Assembly: GCA_965206595.1 (NCBI GenBank)
Contig: OZ242214.1
Coordinates: 3,584,001 to 3,648,000 of the forward strand
Source of the DNA: Candidatus Latescibacterota bacterium
GTDB lineage: Bacteria; Latescibacterota; UBA2968; UBA8231
Direction of reading: 5' to 3'
DNA length: 64,000 nucleotides
Part shown: positions 11,231-27,278 of the stretch, piece after piece
Position numbering within the stretch: the first letter of the stretch is position 1
Layout of the letters: every line of letters starts with the position of its first letter
Translations under genes and position numbers: made by a program
The notes under the pieces: model-generated
The model's database searches: none
The model's input: the letters and a program-made list of their open reading frames with translations, nothing else
Told to the model about the DNA's origin: nothing

Positions 11231-11992
11231 CTACTCGTAGAGGTCGTCTGAATCCGCGGCGGCCAGCTCGACGAGGAAATCGGCGATCTCCGCGGTGAGC
11301 CCGGAAAAGCAGCGCTCCCCTTTTTCCGGGGTCGCGGCCTTGGGATCGCCGACGCCGGTGTCGGCCGTGGCCTTTGTCCAGTCCCGCTGCGACCATGCCC
11401 TGCCCTCGCGCAGCGCCCCGATCCTGAACTTCCGCTCGCGGCCGGATCCCGCCTGAGACAGCGGCAGTACCAGCCCGGGGGCGAGGAACTGCATCAGGCT
11501 GGTCTCCATCTCTCCGGCGTGGTCCCCGACCTCCTCGAAGATCCCGGGGTCGACGAGCCGGAACCAGTCGACGATGCAGAGGAAGGTGTCGCAGCGCGGC
11601 GACAGCTCGCGCACGATCTGGCGAAAATCGTTGCCACCGTGGCCGTTGAGGATGACGAGCTTCGGGATCCCCTGGTGGTCGAGGACCTCGACGAGGTCCT
11701 TCAGAATCGCCAACTGCGTCGATGGGTTGAGGTTGATGTCGAGCCGGATGTCGAGCTGGCCGGTGTTGACTCCGTAGGGAATCGCCGGCAGCACGACGAC
11801 CCCGGCTCCCCGCCCCCAGGCGAGTCGCGCCGCTTCCGCGGCGATCCGTTCCGATTCGATCACGTCGGTCGCGTAGGGGAGGTGGTAGTTGTGGGCCTCG
11901 GTCGCTCCCCAGGGCAGCACGGCGACCTCGTACTCCGTGCCCCGGACCGCTTCCCAGGTGGTTTCCGCGAGGATGTACGGGCGCCCGGACAT
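11231..11992 (-). CDS. Creatininase family amidohydrolase
   Basis: LPWGATEAHNYHLP..TD, NGHGGN, DHAGEMETS, GVGDP; start ATG 11992. Confidence 0.9.
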   Translation of the reverse strand: MSGRPYILAETTWEAVRGTEYEVAVLPWGATEAHNYHLPYATDVIESERIAAEAARLAWGRGAGVVVLPAIPYGVNTGQLDIRLDINLNPSTQLAILKDLVEVLDHQGIPKLVILNGHGGNDFRQIVRELSPRCDTFLCIVDWFRLVDPGIFEEVGDHAGEMETSLMQFLAPGLVLPLSQAGSGRERKFRIGALREGRAWSQRDWTKATADTGVGDPKAATPEKGERCFSGLTAEIADFLVELAAADSDDLYE

Positions 11993-12867
11993 CACCCTGT
12001 CCCCGTGGCCGCGCCCCGGTCTAAGGGGGACATCTCCGAGGCCGCGGCGACCTCCTCGAGCTCGGCGGTATTTCCGGCGCCGCTGCAGGCCGTGCTGACG
12101 CGCTCGTCCGCCAGAACCCAGCGGAAGGCGTTCTGCGGCAGGGTGCCCGGCTGCCGGCGCAGCTGCTCCAGCACCTTCGCGGCGCGGCTGCGCTCCTCCA
12201 GCTCGAGGCCGGCGAGCACGGCGTCCCTTCTTTCGCTGTATCCGAAGAGACCGCCGGCGAGGATGGTGGCGATGACGATCCCCATGCCGGCAGCCGATGC
12301 CGCGGGGATCACCGCTTCGGAGGCGAGCTGCGAGACCGGGTGGTAGTCGTGGTACACCAGCACGGTGTCGAACTCCCCGGTCGCCGCCAGCCGCGCCAGC
12401 AGCGGAATGGCCCTGCCGGTGATGCCGATGAAATCGCACATCCCCTGCTTCTGCGCCGCCCTCAGTCCCTCGAGGGCGCCCCCCGGTTCGGTTATGCGCT
12501 CCCAGCCGGGGAGGTTGACCTCGTGGATCTGCGCCGCGGTCAGACGCTCGACGCCGAGCCGCCGGAGGCTGCGCTCCAGGCTGCGCAGAACCGCGCCTTC
12601 GCCGTAGTCGAAGTCCTCGGGATCGAAGCCGACCTTGGTCGCCACCTGCACCGGTTTGCCTGCCGCGAGCGCCTCTCCCAGAAGCTCCTCGCTGTCCCCG
12701 TACAAAGGGGCGGTGTCGATGTAGTTCACCCCCAGCTCCAATGCCCGCGCCACCAGCTCGGCGGCGTTCTGCCGGCGCCGCTCCGGGTCGGTGCCGCCGA
12801 TGTAGGCTCCCCCGAGGCTGACCTCGCTCACCTGCAGTCCCGTCCTTCCCAGCGTCCTGTATTTCAT
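11992..12867 (-). CDS. Aldo/keto reductase
   Basis: MKYRTLGRTGLQVSEVSLG, IDTAPLYGDSE, VATKVG; start ATG 12867. Confidence 0.9.
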   Translation of the reverse strand: MKYRTLGRTGLQVSEVSLGGAYIGGTDPERRRQNAAELVARALELGVNYIDTAPLYGDSEELLGEALAAGKPVQVATKVGFDPEDFDYGEGAVLRSLERSLRRLGVERLTAAQIHEVNLPGWERITEPGGALEGLRAAQKQGMCDFIGITGRAIPLLARLAATGEFDTVLVYHDYHPVSQLASEAVIPAASAAGMGIVIATILAGGLFGYSERRDAVLAGLELEERSRAAKVLEQLRRQPGTLPQNAFRWVLADERVSTACSGAGNTAELEEVAAASEMSPLDRGAATGTG

Positions 12868-13031
12868 TTCGGTTTCCTCGGTCGGACTCCCTTTGGTTTC
12901 ATCCCTTCCGGTGGCAGGGCGATTCCGGGCCGGTTCAGGTGGCTCGACCGGCCTCGTCCGGCGCTCCTCCACCCTGATTGTTCACCAGCTCCCGACGCCT
13001 CGCCGGCCCCCTCGGCCCTACTGTGTTCCCT

Positions 13032-13826
13032 TCACGAAAGACCGAGTAGAGCGGCGAGGTTTTTCCCCTTGACCAGGGCCCGCTCCTCCTCGCTGAACGT
13101 CTCCAGATGGGCGTCGACGATGCCCGGGGTGCCGCTGCCCCAGACCATACGCCGCGGCCCGAACGCCTCGGCCACCCTGGCAGTGAGCCGCCCGGCGCTC
13201 TCGAACAGGGGAGGATCCGGAGCGAAGTGGTCGAGCCCGGAGAGCTTCATGTACACCTGGTCGAAGCGGGCGAGGTCGAGGACGTGGGCGTATTCGACGG
13301 CGCTGGTGGTGTGGGGCTCGCACAGGTGGTCGAGGAGCACGGTGCAGTCCGGGACGCGGCGGACGGCGGCGGCCGCGGCTTTTGCATAGATGCCGTTTAT
13401 CAGCAGCTCGACGACGAGCCCGAGCTCGCTGGCTTCGCGCCATTGGCGCAGCACCCAGTCGTCGAAGCGCTCCACCAGGGCGGCCCCCCGGTCTCCGAGC
13501 CCGTAATGGCGCCAGGCGACTATGCGCGGCTCCGCGGCCACCAGCTCCCGCATCGCCCTCGGGGCGCCGTCGTCGCCGCTGCGGAAAAGGCAGGTGCCGC
13601 GCAGCCTGTCCGGCTCGCGGCGCAGGCAGTCGAGGATCAGCCGGTGGTCGTCCCAGTACGTCGAGGCCTGGACGACGACGCCGCGGTCGATGTTCTCCTC
13701 CTCCATGCGGCTGAGGTACTGTCCCAGCGGATCCACCTCCAGCTCCGGCCGGTAGGGGGCGTCGCGGTGGAGGGGAAAGCGCTCCAGGTCGGCGCTGAAC
13801 ATGTGGGCGTTCCACTCGACGATCAT
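13032..13826 (-). CDS. Amidohydrolase_2 family metallohydrolase (lactonase-like)
   Basis: NAHMF, VVVQ, LLDHL, YMKLSG, FGPRRMVWGS. Confidence 0.8.
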   Translation of the reverse strand: MIVEWNAHMFSADLERFPLHRDAPYRPELEVDPLGQYLSRMEEENIDRGVVVQASTYWDDHRLILDCLRREPDRLRGTCLFRSGDDGAPRAMRELVAAEPRIVAWRHYGLGDRGAALVERFDDWVLRQWREASELGLVVELLINGIYAKAAAAAVRRVPDCTVLLDHLCEPHTTSAVEYAHVLDLARFDQVYMKLSGLDHFAPDPPLFESAGRLTARVAEAFGPRRMVWGSGTPGIVDAHLETFSEEERALVKGKNLAALLGLS

Positions 13827-13927
13827 GTTGTGAACAAGCGGATTTCATCCATATTCATCAAGCATCCGCCAGGGTTCGTGCACCTCCCCCGCCGGCCTCG
13901 TCCGGCCTTCGCACGGAGGATCGACCC

Positions 13928-15109
13928 ATGCAGTGGGCATCAGCCGTTTCCACCGAAACAGATATCGCCGCGGCCGTGGCCGAGCTCAAACGCGAGCTGA
14001 CCCGGCAGACCGGAAGCGCGACCGCCGACCTCGTCGCCGCCTTCGTCACCCCGCACTACGAGGACGACCTCGACAAGCTGCCGCAGCTGATCGCCGACAG
14101 CTTCGCGCCCAAGACCTTCATCGGCTGCACGGCCATCGGGGTGATCGGGGGCGGGCGCGAGCTCGAGGAGGTGCGCGGGCTGGCCCTCACCGCGGCGGTG
14201 CTGCCCGGGGTCGAGATCACCCCCTTTCATCTGCGCCCCGGAGACCTCCCCGACCTCGACAGCGGCCCCGAACGATGGGTCGAAGCCCTCGGCGTCGACA
14301 GGGAGCCCACCCCCCATTTCCTGATGCTCGTCGACCCGGCAGGGGCCGAGGGGTTCGACCCGCGGCCGTTGCTCATGGGCCTCGACTTCGCCTACGCCAA
14401 CGCGACCAAGATCGGCGGCCTCGCCTCGAGCCTGCAGGGGAACCGCCTCTTTCTCGACGGCGAGGTGCATACAGGCGGCTGCATCGGCGCCGCACTCCAG
14501 GGAGCGATCGCCGTCGACACAGTGGTCGCCCAGGGCTGCCGCGCCATCGGCGAACCGATGACGGTCACCGGCTCCAGCGGCTACTTCCTGTCCGAGCTGG
14601 ACGGCCGCTCCGCGGTCGAGACGCTCATCGATCTCTACCACAGCCTCGGGGAGGAGGACCAGGAGCTTCTGCGGAGCGCCCTGCACGTCGGCATCGCCTC
14701 CACCGAGCTCAAGGGAGAGCTCGGCCAGGGGGACTACCTCATCCGCAACGTCCTGCAGCTCGACCACGAGAAGGGGATTATCGCCGTCGGCGACCGGCTG
14801 CGCACCGGGCAGACGGTCCGCTTCCACCTGCGCGACAGCGCCGCGGCCGCGCAGGACCTCATCCTGATGCTCGAGCGCTACCGGCGCGAGAACCAGGACG
14901 CGGCCCCGGACGGGGTCCTGCTGTTTTCCTGCAACGGCCGCGGCCAGGCCTTCTTCGGCGAGCCGGACCACGACTCGCGGCTTTTCTCCGACGCCGTCGG
15001 GGAGGTGCCCCTGGGCGGGTTCTTCTGCGGCGGCGAGATCGGCCAGGTCGGCGGCTCGACCTACCTGCACGGGTACACGAGCGCCTTCGCGATCTTCCGC
15101 AGCCCCTAA
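13928..15109 (+). CDS. FIST N + FIST C domain protein
   Basis: IGCTAIGVIG, VAQGCRAIG, LFSCNGRG, GFFCGGEIG, LHGYT. Confidence 0.9.
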   Translation: MQWASAVSTETDIAAAVAELKRELTRQTGSATADLVAAFVTPHYEDDLDKLPQLIADSFAPKTFIGCTAIGVIGGGRELEEVRGLALTAAVLPGVEITPFHLRPGDLPDLDSGPERWVEALGVDREPTPHFLMLVDPAGAEGFDPRPLLMGLDFAYANATKIGGLASSLQGNRLFLDGEVHTGGCIGAALQGAIAVDTVVAQGCRAIGEPMTVTGSSGYFLSELDGRSAVETLIDLYHSLGEEDQELLRSALHVGIASTELKGELGQGDYLIRNVLQLDHEKGIIAVGDRLRTGQTVRFHLRDSAAAAQDLILMLERYRRENQDAAPDGVLLFSCNGRGQAFFGEPDHDSRLFSDAVGEVPLGGFFCGGEIGQVGGSTYLHGYTSAFAIFRSP

Positions 15110-15669
15110 CCCGCGAACGAGGCGCGGTGCAGAAGGTCGTACTCCGCGCCGGCAGGTTTCAGGGTGCTGCGTATCAGCGCGACGTCCTTCACCGCAAAAC
15201 GGCAGCGGGGAACCTTCTCGATCCAGCCGCCCGAGGGCAGCCTCGCCGGCGGGCGCAGGCGGGCAAGGGTCAGGTGCGGCTCGAACGGCCTGCCCTCCCG
15301 CTTCCAGCCGAGGCCGCGGACCGCGGCTTCGACCTGATTCCGCAGCCTTGGCAGCTTGCGGTCCGCATCGACGAGACCGACCCACAGGATGCGGGCGCCC
15401 CGCCCGTCGGGATAGGCGCCGGCGGCTCCCAGCTCGAGCTCGAACGAGGCGGAACCCGCGGCGATCTCGTCGAGGGCGAGGGAAAGGGGGGCTAGCTGTC
15501 CTTCCTGCGTTTCCCCGAGAAAGCGCAGCGTGAGGTGCAGGTTCTCCGGCCGCGTCCACCTGACGGAGGCGGCCCCGGGGAGCGACGCCGCGGCAGGGAC
15601 GCAGGCGAGGGCGGCGCGCAGGCCGGCAGGCAGCTCTACGGCGACGAAGGTGCGGATGCTGCCGGACAC
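15106..15669 (-). CDS. thpR: RNA 2',3'-cyclic phosphodiesterase (2H family)
   Basis: RTFVAV, two HxT motifs (HLTLRFLG, PHLTLAR), S.L...G..Y. Confidence 0.9.
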   Translation of the reverse strand: MSGSIRTFVAVELPAGLRAALACVPAAASLPGAASVRWTRPENLHLTLRFLGETQEGQLAPLSLALDEIAAGSASFELELGAAGAYPDGRGARILWVGLVDADRKLPRLRNQVEAAVRGLGWKREGRPFEPHLTLARLRPPARLPSGGWIEKVPRCRFAVKDVALIRSTLKPAGAEYDLLHRASFAG

Positions 15670-15882
15670 GGGATCCTGGGTTTTCAGCTGGTTGTGCCCT
15701 CAAGGCAAGCTCGCGGCCGGATGTAATCCGCGATTCCCAAGGCCGCTCTGCCGCGACCATAGCGCGGATGCCCGGCGACACGGGGGAATGCGGCGGGTAA
15801 ATAACCGGTCTCACTGCGGACAGCTCGCTCCGAAAGATCGAGCCCTGGATTCGGAACCGGATCGATTACACCGACTCCTCTC

Positions 15883-16701
15883 TCAGCGGGCCCCGCACGC
15901 TTTCAGGCAGGCGTTCAGGTAGCCGCGGCTCTCCGCGGCGATCGCCGCGGCATGCGCCAGGTCGTACTCCGCGGCGCCGATCACCTCGAGATTGACGGCG
16001 ACGTCGATTGCCGATTCGTGCAGGACGCGGAGGTACCCGAACAGGTCGATCCCGCCGCGGCCGCAGGCCTGCTCCTCCGGGGGTCCGGGCGGGCCCCCGG
16101 TTCCCTTGAAATCCTCGCGGCAGTCGCGGATATGGACGTGGGCAACCCGCGATATCACCGCCTCCAGGGCTTCCACCGGGTTCTCGCCGGGAGCGGCGCG
16201 GTAGATGTGGCTCGGGTCCATGTCGACGCCGAAGGAGGGGGACGGAATCCGCTCCATCGCCCGCAGCGTCGTCGGGGTGTCGTGGATGCACTGGCCGACG
16301 TGCGCCTTGGCGCAGAGCACGACCCCGTACTCCGCGGCCTTGTCCGCCATCTTCCGCAACTGTTCGACATGGCGCTCGAACTCCTCCTCGACACCGCTCC
16401 TGCCCCCCGGGCCGACGTTGACCACCGGGATGCCGAGCTCGCGGCCGGCCTCGTACGCCTTGACCAGCCTCTCCTCGTCGAGTGAGGCGACCTCCATCGC
16501 CAGCAGCTCGAGCCCGTATCTCTGGGCAAGTTCCCGTATGCCGGCGGTTTGCGCCCGGTAGTTGTCGAGATCGAGGTGCTCGCTCATCCCCCGGATGGCG
16601 GCCAGCTCGACGCCGTCGTACCCGGCGCGCGCGATCTGTTCCATGGCGGTCGCCAGGTCGAAACCGGCGAAGAGAACGGTATTCGCTCCGAGTTTGATCA
16701 T
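15883..16701 (-). CDS. Sugar phosphate isomerase/epimerase (xylose-isomerase-like TIM barrel)
   Basis: GYDGVEL, DMDPSH, HVHIRD, G.G.ID, NLEV. Confidence 0.85.
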   Translation of the reverse strand: MIKLGANTVLFAGFDLATAMEQIARAGYDGVELAAIRGMSEHLDLDNYRAQTAGIRELAQRYGLELLAMEVASLDEERLVKAYEAGRELGIPVVNVGPGGRSGVEEEFERHVEQLRKMADKAAEYGVVLCAKAHVGQCIHDTPTTLRAMERIPSPSFGVDMDPSHIYRAAPGENPVEALEAVISRVAHVHIRDCREDFKGTGGPPGPPEEQACGRGGIDLFGYLRVLHESAIDVAVNLEVIGAAEYDLAHAAAIAAESRGYLNACLKACGAR

Positions 16702-16994
16702 TTGTTGTTTCCCCGCTCCGTTACGAGTTGAATGCGTAGGGGAGACTACTGCCCCGGTGTCGGCCGCGGCCGCGAACCGGCAGCCGCTGCCAGGGGCGGG
16801 GGAAGTTGTGCCATTCCGGCGCCGCAGCGCCAGCAGCGGCGCCGGAATTCCCTTTCCGGTCCGCCCCGAAAACCGCGGCCGTCCCCCCTTCTTGCCCCCT
16901 CACACCCGTGTCGTAGTTTCAGCGGTTCACCTTTTTTGAAGGCCGGCCCCGGCGCTCCGTGCTGCTCCCCCTCCCGGCCGCGACCCTCGGCTGA

Positions 16995-22676
<5,682 letters not shown>

Positions 22677-22713
22677 TGGGGGGCGGACACCTCCCTCCGC
22701 CTGGAGCGGCGCC

Positions 22714-23367
22714 TTGAACCTCGCAGTGCCGAGGCGGGCGTTCTTCAGCTTCACCGCCCCTTGCCGCTACCGCGAGGAAGCGCCGCGCGTCGACGGCGAC
22801 CTCGGGGACTGGGGCGCAGGTTTCCGCCTGCCGGATCTTCTCGGCCTCGAGGAAGAGAAGTCCTTCGCCGATCTCCTGATGGCCTGGAACGACGACGGTC
22901 TCTATTTCGCGATCCGCGTCGACGGCAAGAAGGGCTTCAGCATAGATCCGAAGAACTACTGGCAGGGGGACTGCCTCGAGCTCTGGATCGACACCCGCGA
23001 CGTCAAGGACGCGCACACGGCCAACCGCTTCTGCCACCATTTCTTCTTCCTACCCGGGGGCAGCGGCAGCGACGGCAGGAAGCCGATCGGCCGCCAGACC
23101 GCCATCGACAGGGCGCGCGAGCAGGCGCCCCCCTGCCCGGAGGAGGAAATCGCCGTGGGGCTGAAGAGGCTGAAGCGGGGTTACCGCATGGAGATCGCCC
23201 TCCCGGCCGCCGGCCTCAACGGCTTCGAGCCGCGCGAGTTCGACCGCCTCGGGTTCAACTACGTGCTCCACGACTGCGATCTCGGCACCCAGTCCTGGAC
23301 GGTGGGCCGCAATCCCCCCCTCATTCACGATCCGGGCACCTGGGGGACGGTGCTGCTGGCCGAATAG
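22714..23367 (+). CDS. CBM9-like/DOMON sugar-binding domain protein
   Basis: PRVDGDLGDW, MAWNDDGLYFAI, WQGDCLELWIDT, YRMEIALP, GFNYVLHD. Confidence 0.7.
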   Translation: MNLAVPRRAFFSFTAPCRYREEAPRVDGDLGDWGAGFRLPDLLGLEEEKSFADLLMAWNDDGLYFAIRVDGKKGFSIDPKNYWQGDCLELWIDTRDVKDAHTANRFCHHFFFLPGGSGSDGRKPIGRQTAIDRAREQAPPCPEEEIAVGLKRLKRGYRMEIALPAAGLNGFEPREFDRLGFNYVLHDCDLGTQSWTVGRNPPLIHDPGTWGTVLLAE

Positions 23368-23477
23368 CCACCCTTGCCCTCAAATGTTAGCTTCTACCTT
23401 CTCTCCCTCAGACCTGTTTCATCCCGCGGCGTCATCCAGACCCCTCTCGGCATTGCCGGTTATTTCGAGCTGATCAC

Positions 23478-26216
23478 ATGAATCCAGCAGTGATGCATCG
23501 CTGCGCCGGTGTGGCTGTTTTCCTGATTTCCTTCGGTCTGTTCCTCCTGACCATGGCCCCGTCGGTCTCCTTCTGGGACACCGGCGAGTTCATCGCCACC
23601 TCCTACACCCTCAGCGTCCCGCACCCGCCGGGCTCGCCGCTGTACGTGCTGCTCGGACGGCTGTTTTCCATGATCCCGGTCATGGAGGTCGCCTGGCGCG
23701 TCGTGCTGATGTCGGCGCTCTCCTCCGCCCTGGCGGTCTGGTGCACTTACCTCGGCACCGTGGCGATAGCGCGCCGCGCCCTGGGGGGCGAGCCCCTGCG
23801 GATATTCGGCGACGAGCGCGACCTGTCGGTCACCCTCGGGGGCGCCCTGGCCTCGCTGACCCTGGCGGTCTCGTACACGTTCTGGTTCAACGCCACCGAG
23901 GCCGAGGTCTACGGCTACTCGATCCTGTTCGTCGCCCTGGGGTTCTGGCTGGTCCTGTACTGGGAAGGGACCGGACACGGCGCCCTCAACGACCGCTGGC
24001 TGTTTCTCGTCGCCTACCTGTTCGGCCTCGGCGGAGGTCTGCACATGCTCTGCCTGCTGATCATCCCCGGGCTGCTGATCCTCGCCTGGTTCGCCGACCG
24101 CGGCCTGCGCCGCCTGATAACGGTCATGGCGGGCACCGGGCTGGAAGGGTTCTTCATTCTCGCCGTGCTCACCGACAGGCCGGATTCGGCAGCCCTGATC
24201 GGGTTGCTCGCCGCGGCCGGCCTGATCGCCTTCCTGTCGTACGTCTGGATCACCGAGGAGGAGCTGCGACCCACTGTCCTCTGGCTCCTCGGGGCCGGGG
24301 CCGCGGCCTTCGCCGGGCGCGCCCTCCTCTCCGAGGGGATGCTCTTCAACGCCGTCCTGGCGGTCGCGGCAATCGGCCTGCTCCGCCATCTCTACCAGCA
24401 CGACCGCCGCGCCTTCGGACTGCTCGTCGGGACCGCGGTGCTGTTCGCGATCGGGTACTCGACCTACGCGACCCTGTACATCCGCTCCGGGCTCAACCCG
24501 GTGATCGACGAGAACGACCCCGAGACCTGGGCCGCCTTCAAGAAGTTCCTCAACCGCGAGCAGTACGGAACCGACAGCATGGTCCTGGCGATGCTCGAGC
24601 CGCGGGCCTCGCGCACCTATCAGCTGTGGCACCAGCAGTTCAAGTATTTCTTCCAGCAGTTCCCGTTCCCCCTGCTCAACCGCGACCTCGTCTTCCGCTG
24701 GGCCACCGAGAACGCCCCCCACACCATCTCGGTGTCGCTCATCCCGTACGCGCTCGGGGCCTGGGGGCTGGTATGGCACGGGCGCCGAGACTGGCGCCGC
24801 TTCGCAGCGCTGCTGGCGATTTTCCTGATCATGGGGTTCGGGCTGTCCTTCTACCTCAACATGCAGGATCCGCAGCCGCGCGAGCGCCACTACGTCTTCG
24901 GCGGCATGTTCTTCGCGTTCGCGATCTGGATGGGGTTAGGATGGACCGGCATCGTCGAGTACGCACGGCAGCGCTGGCGGCTGTCCGGTGCGGCCCTTGC
25001 CGGGGCCGCGTGCTGCGGCCTGCTGCTTCCCCTCGGCACCGGCGCCAACAGCTACCACGCCCAGGACCGCACCGGCGACTACATCGCCTACGACTACGCC
25101 TACAACCTGCTCAACAGTTGCGAGCAGGATGCGATCCTGTTCACCAACGGCGACAACGACACCTTCCCCCTGTGGTTCCTCCAGGAGGTCGAGGGGATCC
25201 GGAGGGACATCCGCGTCGTCAACTTGAGCCTCCTCAACACCGGGTGGTACATCAAGCAGCTGCGCGACCGCGAGCCCAAGGTCGACATCCGCATCGACGA
25301 CGCCTACATCGACTCGGTGCTCACCGACACCCAGCTGGTCGACATCTACAAGCGGGTGTGGCCCAAGCCGAGGACGCCGCAGGAGTTCGCCAGGCTCGGC
25401 CTCGACGTAAAGGTCTCCGTCCTGCCCGGCAACGATGTCCTGCGGGTTCAGGACATCATGGTGATCGGGATCGTCTATTGGAACGAATGGAAGCGGCCCA
25501 TCCACTTCGCCATAACCGTGGCCCAGAGCAACCGGGTCGGGCTGGAACCGTACCTGAGCATGGTCGGCATGACCCTTAAGCTCGTCCCCGAGAAGGGGCG
25601 CGACACCGACCTCGAGGCGCTCGCCCGCAACCTGCTGCAGGTCTACCAGTTCCGGGGGATCGCCGACCGCGGCGTCTACAAGGACCTCAACACCTCGAGG
25701 CTGCTGGGGAACTACCGCGCCTGCTACATAACCCTGGCGTCCCTGTACCAGGAACAGGAGCGCTACGACGAGCTGACCGGGCTGACCGAATGGGCCCTCG
25801 AGAACATCCCGCTCAACTGGGAGTCTTTCTACACCGCCAGCGAGCTCCAGCGCGAGGTCGGCCGCATGGCGATTGCCGCCCGCTACCTGGAAGAGGCCGT
25901 GGTATACCTGTCCGAAACCGTGGGCGAGCACCCGACGGCGACCTACGAGAACGCCCTGGCGCTGTCCGGCATCCTGCTGGATACCTACCGGGATCTCGAG
26001 CGTGCGGAGCGCGCCTACCGGATCGCCATTGCCCTGGAACCGGAGCAATACGACGCCTACCGCGAGCTCGCGGCGACGATGCAGGCCGGGGGCCGCGTCG
26101 AGGAGGCCATCCGGCTGATCAACGAGTACCAGGATGAGTTCGGTGCCACCGAGGGCTCGGAGCAGGATCTCGAAACGCTGCACAGCGCCCTGAAGATTTC
26201 ATCCTCCGGCGACTAG
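23478..26216 (+). CDS. DUF2723 membrane glycosyltransferase (TMEM260-like, GT-C) with C-terminal TPR-like repeats
   Basis: SVSFWDTGEFIA, VPHPPGSPLY, FWFNATEAEVY, LNREQYG, RERHY, FTNGDNDTFPLW, VNLSLLNT.WY. Confidence 0.88.
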   Translation: MNPAVMHRCAGVAVFLISFGLFLLTMAPSVSFWDTGEFIATSYTLSVPHPPGSPLYVLLGRLFSMIPVMEVAWRVVLMSALSSALAVWCTYLGTVAIARRALGGEPLRIFGDERDLSVTLGGALASLTLAVSYTFWFNATEAEVYGYSILFVALGFWLVLYWEGTGHGALNDRWLFLVAYLFGLGGGLHMLCLLIIPGLLILAWFADRGLRRLITVMAGTGLEGFFILAVLTDRPDSAALIGLLAAAGLIAFLSYVWITEEELRPTVLWLLGAGAAAFAGRALLSEGMLFNAVLAVAAIGLLRHLYQHDRRAFGLLVGTAVLFAIGYSTYATLYIRSGLNPVIDENDPETWAAFKKFLNREQYGTDSMVLAMLEPRASRTYQLWHQQFKYFFQQFPFPLLNRDLVFRWATENAPHTISVSLIPYALGAWGLVWHGRRDWRRFAALLAIFLIMGFGLSFYLNMQDPQPRERHYVFGGMFFAFAIWMGLGWTGIVEYARQRWRLSGAALAGAACCGLLLPLGTGANSYHAQDRTGDYIAYDYAYNLLNSCEQDAILFTNGDNDTFPLWFLQEVEGIRRDIRVVNLSLLNTGWYIKQLRDREPKVDIRIDDAYIDSVLTDTQLVDIYKRVWPKPRTPQEFARLGLDVKVSVLPGNDVLRVQDIMVIGIVYWNEWKRPIHFAITVAQSNRVGLEPYLSMVGMTLKLVPEKGRDTDLEALARNLLQVYQFRGIADRGVYKDLNTSRLLGNYRACYITLASLYQEQERYDELTGLTEWALENIPLNWESFYTASELQREVGRMAIAARYLEEAVVYLSETVGEHPTATYENALALSGILLDTYRDLERAERAYRIAIALEPEQYDAYRELAATMQAGGRVEEAIRLINEYQDEFGATEGSEQDLETLHSALKISSSGD

Positions 26217-26237
26217 CCGACGCGGCAGGGCCTGGGT

Positions 26238-27278
26238 GTGCGCCAACCGGTTACCATCGTAATCCCCCACTTCCGGGCGGAGGTGCTCGCCGACTGCCTG
26301 CAGTCCCTGTTCACCCACAGCGCCTGGCCCCTGCGCGTGATCGTCGTCGACGACGGGGGCGGCGCTCCCAGTCTGCAGGAGGCGCGGGCACGCTTTCCGG
26401 GCATTGAAATACTGAGCAACGACGGCAACCGCGGTTTCAGCTACTCCTGCAACCGCGGCCTCGAGGCGGCCGAGACCGAGTACTCGGTGCTGCTCAACGA
26501 CGACACGCGGGTGACCGCCAACTGGCTCCAGCCCCTGGTCGCGGCCGCCGACGCCGACACCGCGATCGCCGCCTGCCAGCCCAAGCTGCTGTCCGCGGCG
26601 GAGGCAGGTTCATTCGACTACAGCGGCGGCGCCGGAGGCTACATCGACCGCCTGGGGTACACCTTCTGCCGCGGCCGCCTGCTCGACGAGGTCGAGACCG
26701 ACGGCGGACAGTACGACACCCCTGCGGACCTGTTCTGGACCTGCGGGTCGGCGATGCTGGTGCGCACCGAGGCGGTGCGCCGGGTCGGGCTGCTCGACCT
26801 CGACTTCTTCATGCACTTCGAGGAGATCGACCTGTGCTGGCGGCTGCGGCTTGCCGGTTACCGGCTCGTCGCCGTGCCCTCCTCGGTGATCTACCACCAC
26901 GCCGGGTGGTCGCTGCCGGCGGCGAGCTTTCGCAAGAGCTACCTCAACCACCGCAACAACCTCGCCATGCTGTTCAAGAACCTGCCCGGTCCCACCCTGT
27001 CCTGGCTGCTGCCGGCGCGCGGACTGCTCGAGCTGGCCGCGGTCCTCAACTACCTCCTGCGCGGACGCCTGCGGGCTGCGGCCGCCCCGCTGGCGGCGCT
27101 GTTCTGGTGCCTGACCCACCCCCTCAACCTGCTCGCGCGCCGCCGCCGCAACCGCTCCCTGGCGGTCGCCGGGACAGACGCCGACCGCAGGGGGGTGTAC
27201 GGCGGCAGCATTCTGGTGCAGTACTACCTGCGCGGCCGGCGCCGCAGCCGCGACTTCATGGCGGACGCCTGCTCTTGA
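26238..27278 (+). CDS. GT2 family glycosyltransferase
   Basis: IVVDD, N.GFS..CN.G, LLNDD, FFMHFEEIDLCWR. Confidence 0.92.
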   Translation: MRQPVTIVIPHFRAEVLADCLQSLFTHSAWPLRVIVVDDGGGAPSLQEARARFPGIEILSNDGNRGFSYSCNRGLEAAETEYSVLLNDDTRVTANWLQPLVAAADADTAIAACQPKLLSAAEAGSFDYSGGAGGYIDRLGYTFCRGRLLDEVETDGGQYDTPADLFWTCGSAMLVRTEAVRRVGLLDLDFFMHFEEIDLCWRLRLAGYRLVAVPSSVIYHHAGWSLPAASFRKSYLNHRNNLAMLFKNLPGPTLSWLLPARGLLELAAVLNYLLRGRLRAAAAPLAALFWCLTHPLNLLARRRRNRSLAVAGTDADRRGVYGGSILVQYYLRGRRRSRDFMADACS